From NCBI GenBank assembly GCA_038064835.1, contig JBBTSD010000001.1, positions 170,361-234,360 of the forward strand: a DNA stretch of 64,000 nucleotides, read 5' to 3'. The notes under the pieces were generated by a model. That model saw only the letters and a program-made list of their open reading frames with translations. It was not told the origin of the DNA and made no database searches. Position numbers and translations under genes: made by a program. This DNA is from Patescibacteria group bacterium (GTDB taxonomy: Bacteria > Patescibacteriota > Minisyncoccia > Phycocordibacterales > UBA2100). Shown piece by piece: positions 51,836 to 60,970 of the stretch (positions within the stretch are counted from its first letter, which is position 1; every line of letters starts with the position of its first letter).

Positions 51836-51862
51836 AGTTCCAACATCACCCAAGACAGCCAG
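51836..51862 (+). repeat. 26-27 bp post-gene motif, copy 3
   Basis: AGTTCCAACATCACCCAAGACAGCCAG. Confidence 0.7.
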
Positions 51863-51932
51863 ACAACCTGAGGCGTGCCCACGCTGCGCGGGCTTTCTTC
51901 ATATAGTTCGCTTGCTGGGTTAAGATGGAGTT

Positions 51933-52304
51933 ATGAAGGTCACAAGTGCCGCGACGCTCAAACGAGTGTATGGGATGATTTTTTCACGAATATACCCGCT
52001 GTACATTGCCAAGGCAGAGAAAAAAGGACGCACGAAAGCAGAAGTCGACGACATTATTCAGTGGCTCACAGGATACAGTCAGAAAAAATTGGAAACACAG
52101 CTGAGGAAGCAGGTCGATATCGAGACCTTCTTTGCAGAAGCGCCCCGAATGAATCCTTTGCGCACCCTGGTCAGGGGTCTCATCTGCGGTGTTCGGGTGG
52201 AAAATATCAAAGAACCGACCATGCGAGAAATCCGTTACCTGGATAAATTAATCGACGAGTTGGCGCAGGGAAAGTCGATGGAAAAGATTTTACGGAAACA
52301 GTAA
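51933..52304 (+). CDS. DUF2200 family protein
   Basis: [50 protein letters not shown]. Confidence 0.9.
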   Translation: MKVTSAATLKRVYGMIFSRIYPLYIAKAEKKGRTKAEVDDIIQWLTGYSQKKLETQLRKQVDIETFFAEAPRMNPLRTLVRGLICGVRVENIKEPTMREIRYLDKLIDELAQGKSMEKILRKQ

Positions 52305-52365
52305 GCTTCGAGCATCGGTTCCACCTTCATTCTAAATACAAAATTATCGAGTATACTTACATTCT

Positions 52366-52704
52366 ATGAAATTCCTTGTCACATACCAGATGCCGCACGC
52401 AGGACTCGACGATTGGCAAAAGATACCTGAGGCCGAACGAAAAACCCAAGAGGCGCACATGCAATCCGAGTGGGAATCTTGGATGGCGCAGCACAAAGAA
52501 TCTATTACCGAAACTGCCGGTATTGGAAAGCCAAAGCGCATTACCTCTGAGGGCATTGAGGACTCGCGCAACGATATTATGATGTATTCGTTTGTAGAGG
52601 CTGAATCATTGGAAGCAGCTGCAGACATATTTAGGAGTCACCCACATTTTGGTATTCCCGGTGGGTGGATAGAAGTCATGTCCGTAAACAAGAACATTGG
52701 CTAA
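52366..52704 (+). CDS. YCII-related hypothetical protein
   Basis: MKFLV.Y, W..W, YS.VEAES.E.A...F..HPH, IEV. Confidence 0.7.
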   Translation: MKFLVTYQMPHAGLDDWQKIPEAERKTQEAHMQSEWESWMAQHKESITETAGIGKPKRITSEGIEDSRNDIMMYSFVEAESLEAAADIFRSHPHFGIPGGWIEVMSVNKNIG

Positions 52705-52868
52705 GTAACTGTTCATAATCTCGTGGTACCCAATCTGAAAAATGCAGGTTTTGTGCGAAAAACAAGGCGGAGGCCGAAATGATGCAAAAGCGTCATTGAG
52801 GTCGAGCCGCGGTTTTGCAGCCAAAACCCGGCATTTTTCAGATAGGGGGAAGATTATGAACAGTTACT
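52704..52868. mobile_element. 165 bp MITE-like palindromic element
   Basis: Perfect 18-bp TIR AGTAACTGTTCATAATCT / AGATTATGAACAGTTACT; inner ATCTGAAAAATGC/GCATTTTTCAGAT; CTAAG at both junctions. Confidence 0.8.
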
Positions 52869-52894
52869 AAGGGCTCGTCTGTAAAGTCGCGCTG

Positions 52895-53554
52895 CTACAT
52901 CGGATCCTTGTTGCCTATATCTCGATAGTTCTTTCCTGTACCGAATGTGATCAAGATGATGATGGAGCCGGCAAGGATGCCTCCTACATTGAAAACGAAG
53001 ATGAGAGAAGCTTCCCTAAAGAGCGAGAGATCGAGTATGCTCAATGCGAGCGCACTCGCAACCAGGGGCGGCATAAGGGAAACCGCAACCCCGATACCAG
53101 TGAGCGCTCCGCCCACCTTGGCGCGCACATGTCCGTAGGCGGCTATGGCGCCCGCAATCAGCGCTATCGCGATATCGTAAAAGGGATGCGCGACGAATGA
53201 GATGAAAGTCCCGTTGATCGTGAATGGTGGCAAGAAGTGCGCCACGACGGCTGTGACGACAGCTGCAAGCAGTGAGGCAACCATGAGAGTTGAAAGTGAC
53301 CGCGCCGCAAGGCGCAGGTCTCCTACGGAAAGGCCGAGGCCGAGCGCCAAGATGGGAGCCGCGAGCGGTGCCACGATCATCGCGCCGATAAGCACTGGCA
53401 AACTGTCGAGTGCTATACCGCACAAAGCGAAGAGCGCTGCACCTACTACCAGTATATAAAAATCGCGGTCAGGCCGGGCGTTTTCAAGTAAGTCGAGAAT
53501 TGCTGTGCGTCTGCTTTCTTCACTGAACGGCCGTGTCTCAAAGAGAAATGCCAT
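52895..53554 (-). CDS. DUF389 family membrane protein
   Basis: G...DS..V.IGAMIVAPL..PI, IA..AG, G.GVAVSLMPPL. Confidence 0.85.
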   Translation of the reverse strand: MAFLFETRPFSEESRRTAILDLLENARPDRDFYILVVGAALFALCGIALDSLPVLIGAMIVAPLAAPILALGLGLSVGDLRLAARSLSTLMVASLLAAVVTAVVAHFLPPFTINGTFISFVAHPFYDIAIALIAGAIAAYGHVRAKVGGALTGIGVAVSLMPPLVASALALSILDLSLFREASLIFVFNVGGILAGSIIILITFGTGKNYRDIGNKDPM

Positions 53555-53706
53555 AAGAGCAGTGTACCACCAAGAATCTCTGGTAGGCATTGTGGAGTGA
53601 CCTTTCCGTATCGGGGACGAATAGTGGCAGGGGACTACTCTCCTGTGCCGTTTTCAAGTGAGTCCAGTATCCCGCTCTTCTGCACACCTGTTTGGGGATT
53701 GCCCCA

Positions 53707-53734
53707 TTGCTCAAATACCCCTAGGGGGTATACT
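53707..53734 (+). promoter_or_regulatory. csoR promoter with CsoR-type operator
   Basis: TTGCTC...TATACT overlapping ATACCCCTAGGGGGTAT (53715-53731), the C/G-tract inverted repeat known for CsoR. Confidence 0.8.
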
Positions 53735-53740
53735 ACAAGT

Positions 53741-54013
53741 ATGAAAGCAGAAATTAAAAAGAAAGTCCTGCGTCGTCTCAGCATTACTCAAGGCCAGCTT
53801 AAAGGTTTAGGAAAAATGGTTGCTGATGAAAGTTATTGCGTCGACATCATTACCCAAGCAAGTGCGATAAAAGAGGCTCTTTCCGGAGTCGAAAGTCTGA
53901 TTTTGGAAAACCACCTGACTACGCATGTGTTACATCAGATAAAGACGGGAAAAGAAAAGAAAGCCGTCGATGAAATCCTCAAGGTGTACAAGCTCGCTCA
54001 GAAGAAGAAATAG
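53741..54013 (+). CDS. csoR: CsoR family metal-sensing repressor
   Basis: RRL...GQL.GL.KM....YC.DI..Q, LENHL.TH. Confidence 0.9.
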   Translation: MKAEIKKKVLRRLSITQGQLKGLGKMVADESYCVDIITQASAIKEALSGVESLILENHLTTHVLHQIKTGKEKKAVDEILKVYKLAQKKK

Positions 54014-54037
54014 TTTAACAACATAGTTATATGTACC

Positions 54038-55585
54038 ATGAGTAACAAGTATCTTTATCTAGGAGGAATCATGCTGTTGGCCGTCGTTGTCTTTGGGACT
54101 ATGGACGGGAGTAATTCGTTGAAGCGTAACATCGCACCCGCGCTACAAAGCACGGTGGTCGAGCTCCAAGATGGGAATACTTACAACCTCACCGCACACT
54201 ACATTACCAAAACAATTGCAGGCAAAGAGCACACAATGCTCGCATACAATAATTCGATCCCTGGTCCTACAATTAAAATCGCACAAGGTGCAGAAATCAC
54301 GATAAACTTCAAGAACGACACTGATCTTCCTGCGCTCCTCCATGCGCACGGCGTGCGCATGGACAACGCGTTTGATGGGTCGCAACTACAGCAGGCAGAA
54401 ATGAAGCCTGGCGAGTCTTTTTCATACAAGCTGAAGTTTCCAGATGCAGGTGTGTATTGGTACCACCCACACGCAAAAGAAGTATTCGGTCAGGGGCTAG
54501 GACTCTATGGCGCGTTTATTGTTTCTCCCAATGACCCCAATTATTTCCCACCGGTAAATCGTGAAATGCCGATATTCCTTTCAGATGTACCCATCGAGAA
54601 AGGAAAGATAGCACTCGACAAGAACACAACAAGCCACTCTCTCATGGGTCACTATGGCAACGTCATGCTGACAAATGGAGAGGATGCATACAATCTTGAT
54701 GCAAAAGCCGGAGAGGTGCTTCGGTTGTATATTGTAAATGCCGCTAACGCTCGTCCGTTTAATTTCGCAATTAGAGGGTTAAAGCTCAAGCTGGTTGGGG
54801 CCGATAGTGGGGCATACGAGAAGGCGTCGTTCGTGGACAGTGTCATTCTCGGACCATCAGAAAGAGCGACCGTAGATGTTCTTGTCTCGGAGGCAGGGGT
54901 GTACGACATACAAAACAAGACACCAGACAGGACCTACCCACTCGGAACCATCTCCGCACGTAATGAAAGTGTCGTCGTGTCATACGCTGAAGAGTTTGGT
55001 GTTCTCCGAGACAACCAAGCAACGATGCAGAGTAGTAATCCATTCAAGGCCCTTGCTGATTCAGAGCCGACTAAACGGCTTGTACTCACGCTTGATATGG
55101 GAGGGAATGGGATGAATATGCAAGGTGGTGGTCATATGATGTCGGACGGCTCCGCGATGGGCGGCCCGATGATGTCGGGCAGTGCAGACGGCATCGAATG
55201 GGATGACACCAACCAGATGATGAATCAGATGTCCAATGCTGATGTAATAAAGTGGAAATTGGTCGATCAAGATACTGGAAAAGCAAACATGGATATTGAC
55301 TGGGTGTTCAAACAAGGAGAACCCGTCAAGATCAGAATCTTCAACGATCCGAAATCGATGCACCCCATGCAACATCCAATCCATTTTCATGGGCAGCGCT
55401 TCCTTGTTGTCGCCCGAGATGGGGTAAAGCAAACTAATCTAGTTTGGAAAGATACTACTTTAGTGAGAGCAGGGGAAACGGTTGATATTGTTCTGGATCC
55501 ATCAAACCCAGGAGAATGGATGGCACACTGCCATATTTCTGAACATCTAGAGGCGGGGATGATGCTCCGGTTTAGAGTGGACTGA
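54038..55585 (+). CDS. multicopper oxidase
   Basis: HAHG, WYHPH, HPIHFHG, HCHISEHLEAGMM; Met-rich insert. Confidence 0.95.
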   Translation: MSNKYLYLGGIMLLAVVVFGTMDGSNSLKRNIAPALQSTVVELQDGNTYNLTAHYITKTIAGKEHTMLAYNNSIPGPTIKIAQGAEITINFKNDTDLPALLHAHGVRMDNAFDGSQLQQAEMKPGESFSYKLKFPDAGVYWYHPHAKEVFGQGLGLYGAFIVSPNDPNYFPPVNREMPIFLSDVPIEKGKIALDKNTTSHSLMGHYGNVMLTNGEDAYNLDAKAGEVLRLYIVNAANARPFNFAIRGLKLKLVGADSGAYEKASFVDSVILGPSERATVDVLVSEAGVYDIQNKTPDRTYPLGTISARNESVVVSYAEEFGVLRDNQATMQSSNPFKALADSEPTKRLVLTLDMGGNGMNMQGGGHMMSDGSAMGGPMMSGSADGIEWDDTNQMMNQMSNADVIKWKLVDQDTGKANMDIDWVFKQGEPVKIRIFNDPKSMHPMQHPIHFHGQRFLVVARDGVKQTNLVWKDTTLVRAGETVDIVLDPSNPGEWMAHCHISEHLEAGMMLRFRVD

Positions 55586-55658
55586 GCTTTCAAGCGCGGC
55601 GCATGGTCTATTTACTAGCGTAAGTTATCAAAAATGCACAGGCTAAAAAGGAAATACT

Positions 55659-57971
55659 ATGCTCACACAAACCTACAGAGTAAAAGGGATGCACTGCGCG
55701 TCATGTTCCTCAACGATCGAGAAAGCCTTCAAAAAAACGGATGGTGTTGACTTGGCTGAAGTGAACTACGGTACTGAAACCGCAAAGGTATCTTTTGATG
55801 AACAAAAAACGAATCCCCGCGAGCTCTCGAAGAAAATTGAGAAACTTGGCTACTCTCTTATTCTTCCCACCGTAGACCACTCAACAATGTCCGCAGAAGA
55901 AATGGGGATGTCCCCCGACGAGCATGCGGCGCATCTCGGGTTGAAGCAGTCAAAAGAAGAGAAACTGAAAGAAGTTGCGGAAATGAAGACGAAATTACTC
56001 TCCGCAATTCCTATTGCGATTTTTGCGGGCTTCGTTATGAGTTGGGATATCTTGGCACAATTCAAGATTGTTTCTGCGATGCCGTATGTGTGGTCTGAAT
56101 TTTTCCATCACCTACTTCCAGCACTTGCCACCTATGTACTTTTTGTAGTAGGCAAACCATACTTACTGGGCGTGTACCGATTCCTGCGTTACGGCAAAGC
56201 CAACATGGACACATTGATCGGAATCGGAACACTCACGGCCTACCTCTACAGTTTGATGATTGCAGCGCTCGAGACACCACTGCGCTCTTATTTAAATGTC
56301 GAACAAGGTTATTACGATGTGACAATCGTGGTAATTACTTTTATCGCGCTCGGCAAATATCTTGAAGCGAAATCAAAATTAAAAACAGGTGATGCCATTG
56401 AGAAGCTCTTAAATCTGCAGGCAAAGACCGCATTAGTTGTAAGAGACGGCAAAGAGATTGAGATCCCGATTGATAGCGTGGCGCACGGTGAAATAATTGT
56501 CATAAAGCCTGCTTGGAAAATACCTGTCGACGGCACGGTGGTCGATGGTTCCTCATTCGTAGATGAATCAATGGTGACTGGTGAGCCAATGCCTATCAAG
56601 AAGGAGCCCGGAGATTCTGTCGTGGCCGGAACCATCAACACCTCAGGAGCGTTTACTTTTACAGCAACGAAAGTTGGATCAGAAACCCTACTTGCCCAAA
56701 TTATTAAAATGGTCGAAGATGCTCAGGGAAGCAAGGCGCCTATTCAGGCATTGGCTGACAAGATCTCGTCGGTTTTTGTGCCAGCAGTTTTGGTCTTGGC
56801 CGTCATCACCCTTGATGCGTGGCTGCTTTTCGGTACGCCGTACTTAGGATTTTCACAGGCACTCTCGTATGGCCTGGTTTCTTTCGTGGGAATCTTGGTC
56901 ATCGCGTGTCCGTGCGCCTTGGGACTCGCCACACCAACCGCGATCATCGTGGGGGTAGGTAAAGGTGCGCGCGAAGGGATTTTAGTGAAGGATGCGGCAA
57001 CTTTGGAAAAACTTCATAAAGTAAATACGGTAGTCGTAGATAAAACGGGAACTCTTACTCGAGGAAAGCCCGAACTGGCATCAATAAAAAATCTTTCGGG
57101 AAAATCAGAACACGAACTCATTTCGATATTGGCTGGATTGGAAAATAAGTCTGAACATCCGATTGCCCACGCCATTGTCTCATCTGCCAAAGACAGGGGA
57201 ATCGATCTCCCCGCGGTTGCCGATTTTGAAGCCATAAAAGGCAAAGGAGTAAAAGGACACATTGATAGCGTTGAATACTATGCAGGCAATACGAAACTGA
57301 TACAAGACCTTTCAATCAACTTTGACATCGAATCAATCGTCCAAGAGACAGCCGAAGGCAAAACGCCGGTCTTGCTCGCGACAAAAAAGGAGCTCTTGGG
57401 AGTTTTCATGGTTGCGGATGCGATAAAACCCGAAGCGATTGAAGCGGTAAAGAATCTGCACGCGCTGGGGATACAGGTGGTGATGTTAACTGGCGACAAC
57501 AAAAATACTGCGCGTTATATCGCAGGCCAGGTTGGCATTGATGAAGTGGTGGCTGAAGTTATGCCGGCTGAAAAGCTTGCCAAAATCGTCGAATTACAAA
57601 GCAGGGGTCACATTGTTGCCATGGCCGGAGATGGCGTCAATGACGCGCCAGCACTAGCCCAAGCTGATGTAGGTATCGCCATGGCCACGGGGACCGATGT
57701 GGCGATTGAGAGCGCAGGCATTACCTTGCTTCACGGAGACATCTCTAAACTGGTACAGGCCATACGACTGTCAAAACTTACCATGCGTGGGATCAAGCAG
57801 AATTTATTCTGGGCGTTCATCTACAATATTATTGGAATCCCTCTGGCGAGCGGAGTATTTTTCCCGCTCTTTGGCTGGCTGTTGTCCCCCGTTTTTGCGG
57901 GATTTGCTATGGCTATGTCGAGCGTGTCAGTAGTCGGGAATTCACTGCGCCTAAAGGTCAAAAAAATATAG
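55659..57971 (+). CDS. copA: copper-translocating P1B-type ATPase
   Basis: GMHCASC, TGE, CPCALG, DKTGTLT, SEHP, GDGVNDAP, YN and MAMSS. Confidence 0.96.
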   Translation: MLTQTYRVKGMHCASCSSTIEKAFKKTDGVDLAEVNYGTETAKVSFDEQKTNPRELSKKIEKLGYSLILPTVDHSTMSAEEMGMSPDEHAAHLGLKQSKEEKLKEVAEMKTKLLSAIPIAIFAGFVMSWDILAQFKIVSAMPYVWSEFFHHLLPALATYVLFVVGKPYLLGVYRFLRYGKANMDTLIGIGTLTAYLYSLMIAALETPLRSYLNVEQGYYDVTIVVITFIALGKYLEAKSKLKTGDAIEKLLNLQAKTALVVRDGKEIEIPIDSVAHGEIIVIKPAWKIPVDGTVVDGSSFVDESMVTGEPMPIKKEPGDSVVAGTINTSGAFTFTATKVGSETLLAQIIKMVEDAQGSKAPIQALADKISSVFVPAVLVLAVITLDAWLLFGTPYLGFSQALSYGLVSFVGILVIACPCALGLATPTAIIVGVGKGAREGILVKDAATLEKLHKVNTVVVDKTGTLTRGKPELASIKNLSGKSEHELISILAGLENKSEHPIAHAIVSSAKDRGIDLPAVADFEAIKGKGVKGHIDSVEYYAGNTKLIQDLSINFDIESIVQETAEGKTPVLLATKKELLGVFMVADAIKPEAIEAVKNLHALGIQVVMLTGDNKNTARYIAGQVGIDEVVAEVMPAEKLAKIVELQSRGHIVAMAGDGVNDAPALAQADVGIAMATGTDVAIESAGITLLHGDISKLVQAIRLSKLTMRGIKQNLFWAFIYNIIGIPLASGVFFPLFGWLLSPVFAGFAMAMSSVSVVGNSLRLKVKKI

Positions 57972-57993
57972 CACTCATCTGTAATTCATCCGT

Positions 57994-59127
57994 ATGAAAA
58001 AATTACTATTGATCGCAGCAATCGGACTCGCGCTATCGCCGTTCATGATTAGCGCATTGGTTCTTAATCTTGATGCCGCAAACAGTTCTGAGGAGGGCTA
58101 TGACGAGAAAGTCTATGTTGCGATAGAGGCTGAAGGAAGAGTGGGTGTCATTGATACGGCGAGCAGAAAAATGATCAGGTCAATTGATTTGTCCGAGGTT
58201 CAAAATAATACATTTGTAAAGTATACAACCCATAATGTTCAAGTCGCGCCTGATGGGAGAATGGTTCTTGCTACAGCTAATGTTGATCGCGATGTGATGG
58301 GAGAAAATAAATCGGCCAAAGCGGAAGATGTTTCAGATGGGTTATTTGATAAGATTTTTATCATTGATCCGCTAAGCGACACAATAGTCGGGTCGCTGCC
58401 CATCGAAATTGATTCTCACCTTGCACATGTTGTTGTTACTAACGATGGCACCCTTGCCTATGTAGCTTCCCAAGTGAAAGACAGGCTTTACATTATCGAT
58501 CTCCGAGACAAAAAAATCATCAAGACTATTTCTCTTGATGAAGGAAGCGCGCCCCACGGTCTGCGTCTCTCGACGGACAATTCGAAGCTCTATGTTGCGT
58601 TAATCGGCGGAAAGGCGCTTGCCGAGATAGATCTCGAAAGTTACTCGGTTCGGAAATATCCATTGTCAGGCGCGGTAATCCAGACCGCGGTGTCTCCCGA
58701 TGGAAACTATGTGTTCGGGTCAGTGTATGACACAAAAAAAGTGGCATGGATCAATACGCTGACGAATGAACAAGGGTATATAGATTTGCCTGCGGATGCG
58801 AAAGGATCGGTACAACTCTACCCCACTCCCGATTCAAGGTATCTGTATGTCGTGAATCAAGGCTACTATTTTGAACAACCGACCGGAAATACAGTCTACC
58901 GGATTGATATTGAGCGCAAAAAAGTTGACGAGATCATTCCCGCAGGGGACGCGCCGCATGGTATTGTTGTGGACAAGAAGGGGCAGTTCGTGTATGTCAC
59001 CAATCTTCTCAGTGAAGATATTTCAATCATTGAGACCGCATCAAGTAAGGAAGTCGCTCGCGTGAAGGTCGGTGAAATGCCTAACGGCGTTAGCATATGG
59101 CATACACAGATGGGTGGGACACCATGA
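57994..59127 (+). CDS. YncE/YVTN beta-propeller exported protein
   Basis: Signal peptide; HNVQVAPDG, PHGL, PHGI, YVTN, PNGV repeats. Confidence 0.85.
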   Translation: MKKLLLIAAIGLALSPFMISALVLNLDAANSSEEGYDEKVYVAIEAEGRVGVIDTASRKMIRSIDLSEVQNNTFVKYTTHNVQVAPDGRMVLATANVDRDVMGENKSAKAEDVSDGLFDKIFIIDPLSDTIVGSLPIEIDSHLAHVVVTNDGTLAYVASQVKDRLYIIDLRDKKIIKTISLDEGSAPHGLRLSTDNSKLYVALIGGKALAEIDLESYSVRKYPLSGAVIQTAVSPDGNYVFGSVYDTKKVAWINTLTNEQGYIDLPADAKGSVQLYPTPDSRYLYVVNQGYYFEQPTGNTVYRIDIERKKVDEIIPAGDAPHGIVVDKKGQFVYVTNLLSEDISIIETASSKEVARVKVGEMPNGVSIWHTQMGGTP

Positions 59128-59143
59128 ATTTTAAAAAATAGAT

Positions 59144-59551
59144 ATGATATCGAAAAAATTAAAATATATATTTGCCCTGTCCATACCGGTTTTTATCGCG
59201 CATGGAATAGAGGAGATACTCACGGGATTCTATGCTGTAGATGCGTGGGACGCATATCTTTTCCAGCCTTTCGCACAACTCTCAATGCACGGGGTCATGT
59301 TTGTAACCTTCCAGCTCATGTTCTGGTTGCTGCTCCTTGTCTCACTGGTGCTCCTATTGGGCGAGAAGTGGCGCTTCCACATGCTTGCGATTATAGGGGT
59401 TGTGTATGTCTTTGAGCTACACCACATCGTCAAGGCAGTTATAGCTGGCGGATACTATCCAGGGCTTGTTACCTCGCTCGCGTTCCCCGTCATTGCGTAT
59501 TTCTTTTGGATGGAGTGGTTAAAAAATTACAGGTTAATCAAGCAAAAATGA
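59144..59551 (+). CDS. HXXEE domain membrane protein
   Basis: HGIEE, ELHH, YYPGLVT. Confidence 0.8.
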   Translation: MISKKLKYIFALSIPVFIAHGIEEILTGFYAVDAWDAYLFQPFAQLSMHGVMFVTFQLMFWLLLLVSLVLLLGEKWRFHMLAIIGVVYVFELHHIVKAVIAGGYYPGLVTSLAFPVIAYFFWMEWLKNYRLIKQK

Positions 59552-60555
59552 AAACATTCACATTCCATGTCTCTGGCACCCATTGTCCCTCATGCAAAAT
59601 CTTCATTGAAGACACCCTGAACGAACACAGTGGTGTTCAGAGTACCGTGGTAGATTTGAAACAAAAAACGGTAACGATTAACACCACCCTTGATGAGAGT
59701 CAGCAAAATCTCGCCGAGATGCTGACCGAAAAAATAAAGCACAACGGCTACTCACTTTCGGTAGAGATGCAGTCTACAGAGAAAAAAGATGCCGGGGTCA
59801 TATGGCACGCTTTGCCTATTGGCTTGGCACTTCTGGCTCTTTTTTTCGTCGTCCAAAAATCCGGGATTTTGAACTTTGGATTAGGCGGAACAGTAACCCC
59901 AGCCACGAGTTTTATCATCGGTCTTGTTGCGTCTGTCTCGAGTTGTCTCGCGGTCGTTGGAGGGCTTGTTCTCTCTCTTTCTGCAACGGTGTCTCAGGAC
60001 ACGATAAGTGATGTAAAGCCGATGATACTTTTCCACGCAGGCCGTCTAATCAGTTTTGCCGTTCTTGGCGGTGTGCTCGGTGCCATTGGAAGTGCCATTG
60101 GTATCAGTTTTACCGCAACGCTAATCCTCGGGATTATCGCATCACTTGTGATGATTGTGTTGGGACTTAATCTGGTAGGAGTATTTGAGAAAAACATGAT
60201 TGCGCTACCTTCTGGAATTTTCAGCTTCTTCCGTAAGCTAGAACACAAGACAATAGCACCATTTCTGGTTGGTGTGGGCACATTTTTCCTGCCGTGCGGA
60301 TTTACTCAGGCGATGCAAGTTGCGGCACTTTCAAGCGGTTCATTTGTCTCGGGGCTTCTCCTCATGACAGCGTTCGCTGTCGGCACACTACCAATGCTCG
60401 CTCTCCTGTCGTTCGGCTCTGCGTCGTTCGCGCACTCAAAACACGCCCCACTTTTCTTCAAATCTGCAGGAGTGCTTGTGGTTGGTCTTGGGACTTTTGC
60501 ATTTCTGGCGGGACTGGCCGGGCTCGGTATTATCAATCCTTTATTTAACATCTAA
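59548..60555 (+). CDS. HMA domain plus DsbD_2/TauE-like membrane protein
   Basis: GTHCPSC; SSCLAVVGG, F..GRL.SF, FLPCGFTQ, F..GTLP. Confidence 0.88.
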   Translation: MKTFTFHVSGTHCPSCKIFIEDTLNEHSGVQSTVVDLKQKTVTINTTLDESQQNLAEMLTEKIKHNGYSLSVEMQSTEKKDAGVIWHALPIGLALLALFFVVQKSGILNFGLGGTVTPATSFIIGLVASVSSCLAVVGGLVLSLSATVSQDTISDVKPMILFHAGRLISFAVLGGVLGAIGSAIGISFTATLILGIIASLVMIVLGLNLVGVFEKNMIALPSGIFSFFRKLEHKTIAPFLVGVGTFFLPCGFTQAMQVAALSSGSFVSGLLLMTAFAVGTLPMLALLSFGSASFAHSKHAPLFFKSAGVLVVGLGTFAFLAGLAGLGIINPLFNI

Positions 60556-60571
60556 TTATAGTGATTGGTCT

Positions 60572-60970
60572 ATGCAAAAAAATATAATCATATCGATAGT
60601 TATGAGCGGCACCCTCATTGCCGGAACCATTTACTTTGTTTCTGACAAGTCAGCAAATCCCGATGGAGAAGTCGCACAATCACAAAATAGTGAAATAAAA
60701 GACGGTGTACAGTACATAACCATTACCGCAAAAGGTGGTTATTTCCCACATGTCACTGAAATCAAAGGAGGATTGCCTACCAAGCTGATCGTAAGGACCG
60801 ATGGTACATACGATTGTTCGGCAGCGCTTGTGATTCGCTCTGTTGGTTTCCAAAAGATATTGCAACCGACCGGCGAGGAGATAATAGATTTAGGCACTCC
60901 AAAATCTGGAGATACAGTGCAGGGTGTGTGCGGAATGGGTATGTACAATTTTCAGATTGAAGTTAGTTAA
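60572..60970 (+). CDS. cupredoxin domain protein
   Basis: GGY.P, DCS, CGMGMY. Confidence 0.82.
   Translation: MQKNIIISIVMSGTLIAGTIYFVSDKSANPDGEVAQSQNSEIKDGVQYITITAKGGYFPHVTEIKGGLPTKLIVRTDGTYDCSAALVIRSVGFQKILQPTGEEIIDLGTPKSGDTVQGVCGMGMYNFQIEVS

Noticed and set aside
48907-51862. 26-27 bp repeats as a CRISPR array or integron attC sites
   Set aside because: Spacing is 0.5-2.4 kb with whole genes between; no cas genes; no RYYYAAC/GTTRRRY palindromes and no intI
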